A stretch of 64,000 bases of DNA, taken from the NCBI GenBank assembly GCA_947258755.1, contig CAMYJO010000004.1, positions 35,550 to 99,549 on the forward strand, written 5' to 3'. Under the pieces are notes generated by a model that was not told the DNA's origin, ran no database searches, and saw nothing but the letters and a program-made list of their open reading frames with translations. Of the stretch, positions 1-9,686 are shown piece by piece. Each line of letters begins with the position of its first letter. Positions within the stretch are counted from its first letter, which is position 1. The translations under genes and the position numbers were made by a program. The DNA is from an uncultured Gammaproteobacteria bacterium (GTDB lineage Bacteria > Pseudomonadota > Gammaproteobacteria > JAADHQ01).

Positions 1-728
1 TTTTTCATAGCGGGATCCATTTTCCCGGCTGCACCGGGAGGCATGCCTGCGCCCATGGCCTCTTGCATTTTTTGCTGCATAGTGGTGCTACGGTAACCAG
101 ATGGCGGATTAAAACCACCCGCAGGAGGCTTCACATCACTAACGATGCGCAGGACCTTTTCGATGATTTTACCTTGCTTGTTGATCGTCCCGAGCGGCAT
201 TCCAAGTTTCTTCAAACGCTGGGAAAAAACCAGATCTGCGCGATCACATTCGCTCATGTTTTGCGAACCCATCGGATTCATTTCAATCTTGCCCATGGCA
301 TCTAGCATCGGTCCAAGCTTACTGTCTTTCAATGCCTTGGCTGACACCAGGGTCTTACTACAAACGCGGCCATTAACCATCAAGGTGTATTTCTGCGTTG
401 CATAACCGGCGACCTTAGGGCCACCGCCCTCATGCTTTACCCTGACTTTCAGGCCTTTGGCACTATCGGATGTCTCTGTCATAAAATGGCTGATATCAAT
501 CATTTCTTTTTTCGCGGGATCAACAATCAATACTTTCTTGTTGGCGTAATCGGCCAACATATATTCTTTGTCGTTACCGGTCTCCATGCGCATCTTACTC
601 CCTTGCACCCACATCTTCTGCACCCCTCCCTGGTCATCTTCGGATTCAATCAGGGTCGCAGCATTGACCTGCAATGATAGTGTAAACAGCAGCACAGACA
701 GGCTTGAGCCCTTGATGATGGTTTTCAT
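1..728 (-). CDS. secreted protein, DUF4412-like (partial, runs off window start)
   Basis: Not in ORF track; read by hand from ATG 728 with GGAG RBS: MKTIIKGSSLSVLLFTLSLQVNA signal peptide, then KMRMET...KVAGYATQKY...C; open to position 1. Confidence 0.6.
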   Translation of the reverse strand, partial: MKTIIKGSSLSVLLFTLSLQVNAATLIESEDDQGGVQKMWVQGSKMRMETGNDKEYMLADYANKKVLIVDPAKKEMIDISHFMTETSDSAKGLKVRVKHEGGGPKVAGYATQKYTLMVNGRVCSKTLVSAKALKDSKLGPMLDAMGKIEMNPMGSQNMSECDRADLVFSQRLKKLGMPLGTINKQGKIIEKVLRIVSDVKPPAGGFNPPSGYRSTTMQQKMQEAMGAGMPPGAAGKMDPAMK

Positions 729-821
729 TAGCAATCTCCCTATTATATTAAATCAGTGATTTAGCTTGATTATACGAGTGTGCCCCTGGATAAGACAAGA
801 CACAATTGAACAGCAATCTAC

Positions 822-2045
822 TCAAGTAATATAGGGTTTAACTAATTTGAAAATAACAAAGCCCAATGCTGTCAATAGACCCATAACAGGAATAAATACG
901 GGATATACATAGACCCCTTCAGGGGCCGGCTGTCGTTGTTTGATAGCGATCAGCGCCGCATTCACGAGTACAAACACAATCAGGATAACAAAACTGGTAT
1001 TTTCAGCCAATGATGAAATATCAAAGGACAAGGCCAACACCAACACCGCCACCGCGGCAAACAAAGTTGACACTACCGGTGTCCGTGTACGCATGTGCAC
1101 ATCGCCAAAACATTGCGGCAACCAACCCTTACGACTCAGACCATACAACAAACGGGAAACCATAATAATTTGCACCAGCGCACCATTAATAACTGCAAAC
1201 AGGCCAATGGCGGAAATCAGCAAGGGTTCCTTGCCGGTATAGTGTTGATAAATCAGCGCCAGTGGCGCGTCACTGGCCGCAAGCTCCTCAGCCGGGGCAC
1301 CCAGTACGGCCACCAGTGCAACCAGAAAATACAACAATGCCGATACCACCAGTGCAATCAATATAGCCTTCGGTAGTGTTTTTTGTGGTTTGTTTACTTC
1401 CTCGGCGACATTGACCATATCCTCGAAACCGATATAGGCATAAAAGGCCAATAAACCGCCCCAGAATATTCCGATCCAGAGAAAGCTGTCGCCTTGCGGC
1501 AATAACTCCGGCAAGCGCGCTGGTACCGTCATCAGGTCGGAACGTCCAATCCATAAAATCAAAAACAGGCCAAGCAACTCCAGCACGGTCAGCAACGCCG
1601 CGACACGCACAGATTCGACGATGCCCCAGATGGCCAAGGTACATAAGGCCGTGACAACTATAATAATGGTCCATTCACGCGTGGCTGGATAAAATACATT
1701 CACATAACCGACAAATCCCTGAACGATAGCGGCACTGGACAAGACACCGGCGAGTACGATCAGCAAGCCCACACCCAGGGACAAGGCACGTAAACCAAAG
1801 GCTTCCTGCAAATAGACCGATTCACCGGCACTAAAGGGATGACGCGCTGACAGTTCGGCATAAGAGATTGCGCTGAAAGCGGCCAACATCGAGGCCAGCA
1901 GGAATGAAAACGGCGCATACATGCCGGCAACAGCAACAACCTTGCCGACCAAGACATAGATACCGGCACCCAGGATATTACCCAGACCATAGAAGGTCAG
2001 TAAAGACAGGGATAAACTACGTTTCAGACTCGCCTTGTGCTTCAT
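822..2045 (-). CDS. APC-family amino acid permease
   Basis: GNILGAGIY and YAYIGFE motifs, about 12 hydrophobic segments. Confidence 0.9.
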   Translation of the reverse strand: MKHKASLKRSLSLSLLTFYGLGNILGAGIYVLVGKVVAVAGMYAPFSFLLASMLAAFSAISYAELSARHPFSAGESVYLQEAFGLRALSLGVGLLIVLAGVLSSAAIVQGFVGYVNVFYPATREWTIIIVVTALCTLAIWGIVESVRVAALLTVLELLGLFLILWIGRSDLMTVPARLPELLPQGDSFLWIGIFWGGLLAFYAYIGFEDMVNVAEEVNKPQKTLPKAILIALVVSALLYFLVALVAVLGAPAEELAASDAPLALIYQHYTGKEPLLISAIGLFAVINGALVQIIMVSRLLYGLSRKGWLPQCFGDVHMRTRTPVVSTLFAAVAVLVLALSFDISSLAENTSFVILIVFVLVNAALIAIKQRQPAPEGVYVYPVFIPVMGLLTALGFVIFKLVKPYIT

Positions 2046-2086
2046 TCAATAAACCTGGAACCACTGAATAAGCGGAAATATTTTAA

Positions 2087-3451
2087 TTATCGTACCCACA
2101 CGGTCTTGGCATTGACGAACTCACGGATACCATGCGAGGACAACTCACGACCATAGCCGGATGCCTTGACACCGCCGAATGGCAGACGTGGATCACTTTT
2201 GACCATTCCGTTTACAAATGCACAGCCACATTCGAGTTGCCGGGCCAATCGTTCACCACGTTCACTGTCTCTAGTCCAGACACTACCACCGAGCCCATAG
2301 CGACTGCCATTGGCAATGGCTAACGCATCCGCTTCATCACGGGCACGAATAACGATCGCTACCGGGCCAAACAATTCTTCGCCATAGGCACGCATACCCG
2401 GCTTCACATGATCAAGAATCGATGCCTGATAGAAAGCGCCGGGATGGTCTTCCGGCACACAGCCGATCACGGCAGTGGCCCCTGCAGTGATGGTGTCGAT
2501 AACTTGCTGATGCAATTCATCGCGAAGATCATGACGCGCCATCGGTGCAAAGGTAGTGTTCTCATCCATCGGATCTCCCGGTACCAGTTTGCTGACTGCC
2601 TGACGGAAGGATTCAACAAATGTGTCGGCAACTTCATCGACAACAATAAAACGCTTGGCAGCAATGCAGCTCTGGCCACTGTTTAGATAACGGGAGGCCA
2701 CGGCCTGACTGACGGTTAGCTCCAAGTCGGCATCTTCGAGCACAATAAAGGCATCCGATCCGCCCAGTTCAAGCACGGATTTCTTCAAGGACTTGCCGGC
2801 GGTAGAGGCGACCGAGATACCCGCAGGTTCGCTACCGGTCAGTGTCACCGCATGCACACGTGGGTCTTCAATGACCGTCGCCACCATCGAAGCGGGTATC
2901 ATCAGGGTGCGAAAAACATTATCAGGGAAACCGGCCTCACGGAAAACATCCTCTATTGCCAATGCACAGGCCGGCACATTAGATGCGTGCTTGAGTAGGC
3001 CAAGATTACCCGCAACCAGCGCCGGTGCGGCGAAACGAAATACCTGCCAGAACGGATAGTTCCATGGCATCACCGCCAATACAGTACCCATCGGTTGGTA
3101 GGCTACCAGGCTGCGCCCGGCATCGGATTCAATCATTTCATCGGCCAGAAACTTCGGCCCCATATCGGCGTAATATTCACAAACCCCGGCACATTTTTCA
3201 ATTTCAGCCAACGCATCCTTGTATAGTTTACCCATCTCCACCGTAATTGATTTGGCTAATGCCTGCTTACGTTGGCGCAATACACTGGCGGCCTTGCGCA
3301 TCAAATCACAGCGCTCGTCTATTGGCTTTGCGGCCCAAGCGGGACGCGCCTCATGACAGGCCTCCAATACCTGGTGCAGATAAACATTATCCCAGGTATC
3401 GTATTCCTGTACCGTTTCACCATTGGCCGGATTAATTGATCGCATGCTCAT
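2087..3451 (-). CDS. NAD(P)-dependent succinate-semialdehyde dehydrogenase family (Sad/GabD-like)
   Basis: PWNYP, LELGGSD, GQSCIA, EELFGP and PFGGVKASG aldehyde dehydrogenase motifs. Confidence 0.9.
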   Translation of the reverse strand: MSMRSINPANGETVQEYDTWDNVYLHQVLEACHEARPAWAAKPIDERCDLMRKAASVLRQRKQALAKSITVEMGKLYKDALAEIEKCAGVCEYYADMGPKFLADEMIESDAGRSLVAYQPMGTVLAVMPWNYPFWQVFRFAAPALVAGNLGLLKHASNVPACALAIEDVFREAGFPDNVFRTLMIPASMVATVIEDPRVHAVTLTGSEPAGISVASTAGKSLKKSVLELGGSDAFIVLEDADLELTVSQAVASRYLNSGQSCIAAKRFIVVDEVADTFVESFRQAVSKLVPGDPMDENTTFAPMARHDLRDELHQQVIDTITAGATAVIGCVPEDHPGAFYQASILDHVKPGMRAYGEELFGPVAIVIRARDEADALAIANGSRYGLGGSVWTRDSERGERLARQLECGCAFVNGMVKSDPRLPFGGVKASGYGRELSSHGIREFVNAKTVWVR

Positions 3452-3563
3452 TGATTACGTCCCGTTTTAGTCGATTACTTATTGTTACTATATAATTCCT
3501 TAATAGTAATATAGTATAAATCGGACTGTTATAGTGAAAAAAGATCAGGCCAGGCGCATCAAC

Positions 3564-4547
3564 ATGAAATATAAAACCATAGGCATACTGGGAGGCAGCG
3601 GCTTTGTCGGTCAGCACTTGTCAGCCCTACTTGCTGAAAACTCGTATCAGGTTCACATTCTAGTCAGGCAACCACGCCGGTATCCGGAACTGGCCTTAAT
3701 CCCCAACGTGCATATTAGCAAAGGTAATTGCTTTGACATGCCTGAACTGGAGGCCTTTTGTGCTGAGGTCGATGTGCTCATCAATCTAGTCGGCATATTG
3801 AATGAGAAACGTGACAACGGCCAGGGCTTCGATCGCGCCCATGTTGAGCTTGCACACCGAATCGCACAGGCCTGTGAGAAAACCGGGGTAAGGCGTATAT
3901 TGCAAATGAGCGCATTAAATGCCAGCAAGGATGCTCACAGTTACTACCTGCGTAGCAAGGGCGAGGCCGAAGACTGGCTGCACCATGAAGCCAGAAACGG
4001 CCTCGAGGTCACCAGCTTCAGGCCCTCGGTCATCTTTGGCCACAACGACTCCTTTTTTAATCGCTTTGCCGGATTATTGAAACTAATGCCCGGTTTTTTT
4101 CCATTGGCCTGCGCACAAAGTCGTTTTGCACCGGTCTATGTCGGCGATGTCTGCCAGGCCTTTGTCTATGCCTTGCAAAATTCGCATAGCATCGACAAAC
4201 GTTACAGCCTGTGCGGCCCTGAAGTTTACACGCTCAAACAACTCGTCGAATACACGGCGCGTAGCCTGGCATTAAAACGCAAGGTCATCGGCTTGCCCGA
4301 CTTTCTTTCGCGCCTACAAGCACGCATGCTGGGTCTATTACCCGGCAAGCCCTTCAGTATGGACAATTACCGCTCATTACAAACCGACAGCGTTTGTAGC
4401 GAAAATGATCTGGCATTATTGGGTATCAAAGCACACTCCATTGACGCAGTAACGCCGGGCTACCTGAGCAATGACAATCGCAAAGCGCACCTGGATGCAT
4501 ACCGCAAACAACCACCGTTTGCATACAAAAAGAAAACTAATGACTGA
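3564..4547 (+). CDS. NDUFA9-like NAD-dependent epimerase/SDR
   Basis: GGSGFVG Rossmann motif, INLVGIL, YLRSK, RPSVIFG; start moved to ATG 3564. Confidence 0.85.
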   Translation: MKYKTIGILGGSGFVGQHLSALLAENSYQVHILVRQPRRYPELALIPNVHISKGNCFDMPELEAFCAEVDVLINLVGILNEKRDNGQGFDRAHVELAHRIAQACEKTGVRRILQMSALNASKDAHSYYLRSKGEAEDWLHHEARNGLEVTSFRPSVIFGHNDSFFNRFAGLLKLMPGFFPLACAQSRFAPVYVGDVCQAFVYALQNSHSIDKRYSLCGPEVYTLKQLVEYTARSLALKRKVIGLPDFLSRLQARMLGLLPGKPFSMDNYRSLQTDSVCSENDLALLGIKAHSIDAVTPGYLSNDNRKAHLDAYRKQPPFAYKKKTND

Positions 4548-5613
4548 CTATGCCTAGCAGGTAGGTACGTCGCTCAGCTATTTCCATTTTTGTCAGCGCC
4601 TGTATAGCGCGGTAAAACTTCGCCAGATCACCCCCCTGCTGGCGTAATATTTCTCTGAATGCCGGCAGGTAATCATGATAGGTCGCCACCGATTGCACCT
4701 TGGCATTATTCACTCCGGAAAAGATCCATTGATCATAGGCATCATAACCGCCCCATTGTTGACGTAATACCAGGTAGTCACGGCGTAGCTGCCTGAAAAT
4801 ATCCAGCTTGGCGACAAACATACTCTGCTCCGGTTTGCCGGAGCTGTACAACGCCGATAATTTTTCACGTGCAGCCAACACCAGCGCAATAAATTCCTGT
4901 TCGCGTTTGCTTTCCTGCAGGTAACGTTGATAATTCTGACTGTCCTGCTGTTGCGCCATCCATCTGCGCAGCCCCTCTTGTTCGATGGCGCGGGCCAGGG
5001 ATTCATTAAACACGGTATCATCTGGAATATAAAATTTCTGATGCGCAAGCTCATGGAACAGCGTACCGACAAGATCGTAATCCTGCCAGCGCATCATCGT
5101 GTTCAACACCGGATCATCAAACCAACCCAGCGTTGAATAGGCGGACACCCCGGCCACATACACGTCCTGCCCCTGTGCCTGCAAGGTATCAGCGTAGGCC
5201 TGTGCCGGTGATTGCGAAAAGTAATTGCGGTAATTGATACAACCGGCGAAGGGATAACACCATTGCTTGGCTTGTAGCGAATAGGGCGGTGTTGCAAACA
5301 CGTTCCACAGCGCATACGGCCGACCCAGGTCCGCATAATCGCTATAGCTGTCATTATCAGGCAGCAATAGTTCACTGACGGCGAAGACACGCGCCTTTTG
5401 TATCATCTTCAGGCGCTCACGCACCTGCACTTCCACAACAGGGTCTTCAATGACGGTACTTATCGGCCTGCGCTTTTGCAATAATTCCATTTGCCCGCCG
5501 ATGGCCTGGCGATAATAGGACAGGCTTGAACAAGCACTGCTGGCTATCATCACAAGCACTAGCAGCAGCGACCGCGTCACCTTGTTTATTGTGTCTATGT
5601 CTAGAATGTGCAT
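4537..5613 (-). CDS. zinc aminopeptidase-family lipoprotein
   Basis: Lipobox-like SSAC, AYSTLGWFDDP, FHELAH zinc motif, FNES. Confidence 0.8.
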   Translation of the reverse strand: MHILDIDTINKVTRSLLLVLVMIASSACSSLSYYRQAIGGQMELLQKRRPISTVIEDPVVEVQVRERLKMIQKARVFAVSELLLPDNDSYSDYADLGRPYALWNVFATPPYSLQAKQWCYPFAGCINYRNYFSQSPAQAYADTLQAQGQDVYVAGVSAYSTLGWFDDPVLNTMMRWQDYDLVGTLFHELAHQKFYIPDDTVFNESLARAIEQEGLRRWMAQQQDSQNYQRYLQESKREQEFIALVLAAREKLSALYSSGKPEQSMFVAKLDIFRQLRRDYLVLRQQWGGYDAYDQWIFSGVNNAKVQSVATYHDYLPAFREILRQQGGDLAKFYRAIQALTKMEIAERRTYLLGIVSH

Positions 5614-5787
5614 ACTGTGAGCTTTAAATACCCTTTAACCTGCCCTGTTTTTTAAAAAAGTGTACTGACAGGTAAGATCTTGTTATCAATAGTGTACCTT
5701 TTTTATTGATTGAAAAGTAATTTGGCAAAGCATGCTAAAATGGCGGTCATAAACTACAAACAGACATTAAGTTGAGGCGTGAGGTCG

Positions 5788-7032
5788 ATGAAGGTTTATC
5801 TGGTGGGTGGTGCGGTTCGCGACAAGTTACTGGGGCTTAAGCCCAAGGAATTTGACTGGGTCGTTGTCGGTAGTACACCCGAAGAAATGCTGTCCCTTGG
5901 CTACCAACAAGTTGGCAAGGATTTTCCAGTTTTCCTGCACCCACAGACGCACGACGAATATGCGCTGGCGCGAACAGAAAAAAAGACCGGGCCGGGCTAC
6001 ACCGGCTTTGAGGTACATGCCTCGCCGGACATCACTCTGGAACAAGACCTCAAGCGCAGGGACCTGACCATCAATGCCATTGCCGAGGATGAAAACGGTG
6101 ACATCATTGATCCTTTCAATGGTCGCGACGATCTCGATAATGGCCTGCTCAAGCACGTCTCCCCGGCATTCAACGAGGACCCGGTCAGAATTTTACGCAT
6201 TGCGCGCTTCGCTGCACGTTTTGCCCAATGGGGCTTCCGTGTCGCCCATGGCACCAATACCCTGATGCGCAATATGGTCGAGGCCGGTGAAGTCGATGCG
6301 CTGGTGGCGGAAAGGGTCTGGAGCGAAACCGAAAAAGCACTCGGAGAAGATCATGCCGAACGTTTTTTTGAGGTGCTGCGCGGCTGCGGCGCACTGGCCA
6401 GAGTGTTTCCGGAAATCGATGCACTATTCGGCGTACCACAAACAGAAAAATACCACCCTGAAATTGATACCGGCATCCATGTCATGATGGTGCTGCAACA
6501 GGCCTGCCTACTCACCGAGGACAAGCAGGTACGCTTTGCCGCACTGACCCATGATCTTGGCAAGGGTACGACACCTGAAGATATATTGCCGTCCCATCAC
6601 GGTCATGAACAACGCGGGGTTGAATTACTAAAAACCCTTTGTGACAGGATCAAGGTACCGAATGACTATCGCGGCCTGGGTATCGTCACTGCCGACTATC
6701 ACACCCATTGTCATCGCATCGAGGAATTGAGGCCGAGCACTGTCCTGAAAGCACTCGAGGGTCTGGATGCATTTAGGCGTCCGCAACGTTTTGAACAATT
6801 CCTGCTGGCTTGTACCGCCGACGCCAGGGGCCGTACAGGACATGAAGAAGATGAATACCCGCAAGCAGATTTGTTCCGACAATATCTGCAGGCCTGTACA
6901 GTCATCGATAATCAGGAATTTATTCAGCATGGATTGAAGGGGCTGCAGTTTGCAGAAGCATTAAAACAAGAGCGTCTACGCAGAATCAAACAAGTCAAAA
7001 AATCTTATAGCGCAGAAAATAATACCGACTAA
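5788..7032 (+). CDS. cca: multifunctional CCA-adding enzyme with HD domain
   Basis: VGGAVRD, RRDLTINA, EDPVRILR, HD domain (HDLGKG). Confidence 0.95.
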   Translation: MKVYLVGGAVRDKLLGLKPKEFDWVVVGSTPEEMLSLGYQQVGKDFPVFLHPQTHDEYALARTEKKTGPGYTGFEVHASPDITLEQDLKRRDLTINAIAEDENGDIIDPFNGRDDLDNGLLKHVSPAFNEDPVRILRIARFAARFAQWGFRVAHGTNTLMRNMVEAGEVDALVAERVWSETEKALGEDHAERFFEVLRGCGALARVFPEIDALFGVPQTEKYHPEIDTGIHVMMVLQQACLLTEDKQVRFAALTHDLGKGTTPEDILPSHHGHEQRGVELLKTLCDRIKVPNDYRGLGIVTADYHTHCHRIEELRPSTVLKALEGLDAFRRPQRFEQFLLACTADARGRTGHEEDEYPQADLFRQYLQACTVIDNQEFIQHGLKGLQFAEALKQERLRRIKQVKKSYSAENNTD

Positions 7033-7076
7033 CTCATGGATTGAAATAGTGACATGACCGACGTTTGAGCGTCGAC

Positions 7077-7481
7077 TTACGGCTTGCCGAATACCTTGGC
7101 CTCGAACCACAACAGCAGACGGTCCATACCCATCGCTGCAAAAAGCCAACCCAATAACACACCTGCTGTATTGGCGACCATATCAGCGACCTCAAACATA
7201 CGTGTTCCACCCAGGCCTTGCAGGTATTCGAGAGCGACACCCATAGCAATAAACAGACAGGAATAGAACATGCGCGTGCCATTGGCCTTGTAAAATTGTG
7301 CAAACCATAACATCAGGCAAAAATAGCCTAGCATATGAGTAATTTTGTCATTCAATAGTCCACTGACAGCCTCAGCCCCAAGTGTCGATAATGACATATA
7401 GACGACCAAACATACCATCGCCCAGCCTACAAATACCCACGCAGGGTGAAAACGCAATTTTGTTGTTTGCTTACTGTCCAT
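7077..7481 (-). CDS. VanZ-family membrane protein
   Basis: DKITH..GY, EYLQ, R.FEVADMVAN. Confidence 0.8.
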   Translation of the reverse strand: MDSKQTTKLRFHPAWVFVGWAMVCLVVYMSLSTLGAEAVSGLLNDKITHMLGYFCLMLWFAQFYKANGTRMFYSCLFIAMGVALEYLQGLGGTRMFEVADMVANTAGVLLGWLFAAMGMDRLLLWFEAKVFGKP

Positions 7482-8298
7482 GCGCAAAAAACCCAGGATT
7501 AAGGAACACCAGATAAAACAGTATTGCGCCCAATGCAAAACGATAAATAACGAAGGGCAACATACCCATACGATTTAGCAACTTCAGGAAAAAGTGTATA
7601 CACAGATAAGCGGTGATGGCCGAAACCACCACACCGACGGCCATGATATCCCAGGCGATTGCGGTATCGCTTTGCAGTAGCTGCAATGACAGGTAGCCAC
7701 CCGCCATAATGATGATTGGAATAGATAATAAAAAGGAAAAACGTGCAGCCGCTTCACGACTCAGACCCAACATCAAACCTGCAGTCATGGTGATACCCGA
7801 ACGCGACGTCCCCGGAATCAGGGCAATGGCCTGGGCGATACCGATAAACAGAACATCAAACCAACCGACACTGTGCTCATTACGTCGGCGCTTACCGGTC
7901 GCGTCCGCCCACCATAACAAGGCGCCAAACAATACGGTCGTGATCGCAATCACCAGTGGCGAGCGCAAATAGACCTCAATAAAATCTTTCAGGAACAGAC
8001 CCGCCAGCCCTGCCGGTATGGTGCCGAACAAGACAGCCCAGGCCAGTCGACTCTCGCCCTGCAACTGCCGGCTCTTGATCGAAGCCAACCAATCTATCGA
8101 CATCAATTTCAATTCATGACGAAAGTAACTGACGACTGCAATCAAGCTGCCAATATGAACAGCTACATCGAATGCAAGCCCCTGATCCTGCCAACCAAAC
8201 AGGTTCGGCAGCAAAATCAGATGCCCTGAACTCGAAATCGGTAAAAATTCTGTAAACCCTTGCAACAAGGCAAGGTATATCGCCTGCAATTGATCCAT
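7471..8298 (-). CDS. uppP: undecaprenyl-diphosphate phosphatase
   Basis: QGFTEFLPISSSGH and PGTSRSG motifs. Confidence 0.95.
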   Translation of the reverse strand: MDQLQAIYLALLQGFTEFLPISSSGHLILLPNLFGWQDQGLAFDVAVHIGSLIAVVSYFRHELKLMSIDWLASIKSRQLQGESRLAWAVLFGTIPAGLAGLFLKDFIEVYLRSPLVIAITTVLFGALLWWADATGKRRRNEHSVGWFDVLFIGIAQAIALIPGTSRSGITMTAGLMLGLSREAAARFSFLLSIPIIIMAGGYLSLQLLQSDTAIAWDIMAVGVVVSAITAYLCIHFFLKLLNRMGMLPFVIYRFALGAILFYLVFLNPGFFAHGQ

Positions 8299-8329
8299 TA
8301 TGCGTTTATTCTTTCGCCATCAAGTCTAT

Positions 8330-8379
8330 GGAAGCTCTGATTAATTTGTCATTGCAATGACAAATTAATCAGAGCTTCC
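8330..8379. mobile_element. 50-bp perfect palindrome, IS5-like MITE remnant with CTAT target duplication
   Basis: GGAAGCTCTGATTAATTTGTCATTG followed by its exact reverse complement; CTAT at 8326-8329 and 8380-8383. Confidence 0.7.
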
Positions 8380-8444
8380 CTATGTTGTAAAATCCTGTGC
8401 CTACATGATAGCGCAGCTACCCAGGCGTCACTACTTTTTATTTA

Positions 8445-9269
8445 CTAGCAACAGGAATTCTTTTGTGGCTTGCTCGCTTCGATATAAGCGGACATAACAT
8501 AATCTTCGACACCACGGCCCGGTGCCCAGTCCTTGATAAAATCTTTGGACTCATCTTTAGGTATGATGTTGATATCGGTAAAACCGGCCGTAGACATCAT
8601 TTGCTGCAACGCGTCTATAGTGGACGCCCCGGCCATACAGCCTGAATACAGTTGCAGGTCATCGCGTATCTCCTGCGGCAACTCCATACTGGCAACCACA
8701 TCGGAAATAGCCAGTCGCCCGCCCGGCTTCAATGCACGGAAGGCTTCGGTGAACACGCGCGGCTTTTCCGGCGACAGGTTGATAACGCAATTGGAAATGA
8801 TGACATCGACCTCGGCATCGGCTACGGGCAGATATTCTATTTCGCCGAGCCTGAACTCGACATTACTGTGGCCGGCTTTATCGGCATTACTGCGCGCCTT
8901 ACTGATCATGGTCGGAGTCATATCAACGCCAATCACCTTACCGGCCGTACCGACCTCGGCCACCGCCAGGAAGGCATCAAAACCACCACCACTACCCAGG
9001 TCAAGCACGACCTCGCCAGCCACCATGGCAGCAATGGCGCGCGGATTACCGCAACCAAGCCCCATATCCGCGCCTGCCGGCACACTATTCACATCGTCTT
9101 GCGAGTAACCCATGCGTACCGAGTTGACCGCATTGATCTCGGGGTCGGCGGCGACACCACAACAACTCGATTCCACTCCACAACAGTCGCCGGCATTACT
9201 GGCCTCGGCCACCTCGGCATAACTGGCACGCACATTTTGACGAATTTCGTCAGCTTCTTTTTGATTCAT
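8445..9269 (-). CDS. arsM: arsenite S-adenosylmethionine methyltransferase
   Basis: LGCGNP, VLDLGSGGG, SNCVINL, GCMAGA, CC pairs; directly downstream of an ArsR gene. Confidence 0.88.
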   Translation of the reverse strand: MNQKEADEIRQNVRASYAEVAEASNAGDCCGVESSCCGVAADPEINAVNSVRMGYSQDDVNSVPAGADMGLGCGNPRAIAAMVAGEVVLDLGSGGGFDAFLAVAEVGTAGKVIGVDMTPTMISKARSNADKAGHSNVEFRLGEIEYLPVADAEVDVIISNCVINLSPEKPRVFTEAFRALKPGGRLAISDVVASMELPQEIRDDLQLYSGCMAGASTIDALQQMMSTAGFTDINIIPKDESKDFIKDWAPGRGVEDYVMSAYIEASKPQKNSCC

Positions 9270-9603
9270 TACTCGGCTCCTGATTTCCTGTAGCAAAAAA
9301 CGCCGACAAGCTGTGCAGCGTTTGTGGTTCTATCCAACATTCAACATTCTGGCCATTGCGGCGCATATTGATCAGTCCTGCCCGATGCAACTCCTTGATG
9401 TGATGCGATAGGGTCGATGCGGCGACGTCCAGGTTCGAGCCCAAATCACCGACGCAACGCACATTAATATCATCCTCCTGACAGACCGTGCCTGGGGTAC
9501 AGCACTGGGTCAATTGCAGGAAGATCTGCAAACGATTCGGGTTTGAGAGGGCCTTGAACATGGCGGCAAAATCCGGACTGCTTTCATTTCTATAGTTCGA
9601 CAT
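9250..9603 (-). CDS. arsR: ArsR/SmtB-family repressor
   Basis: FKALSNPNRLQI, STLSHHIKEL HTH, Cys cluster CCxxxxVC; start set at ATG 9603. Confidence 0.85.
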   Translation of the reverse strand: MSNYRNESSPDFAAMFKALSNPNRLQIFLQLTQCCTPGTVCQEDDINVRCVGDLGSNLDVAASTLSHHIKELHRAGLINMRRNGQNVECWIEPQTLHSLSAFFATGNQEPSNESKRS

Positions 9604-9639
9604 ATATCGAACTATAGAACGGGAACCGCTGGTAGTCAA
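9588..9639 (-). promoter_or_regulatory. sigma70 promoter with overlapping ArsR operator
   Basis: Minus strand TTGACT (9639-9634), 17 bp, TATAGT (9616-9611); perfect 13-bp inverted repeat TTCTATAGTTCGA-N6-TCGAACTATAGAA at 9588-9619. Confidence 0.8.
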
Positions 9640-9686
9640 GCAGGCCTCCATACGTTTAATGCTTTATAGACAAGCAGCTGTCGATA

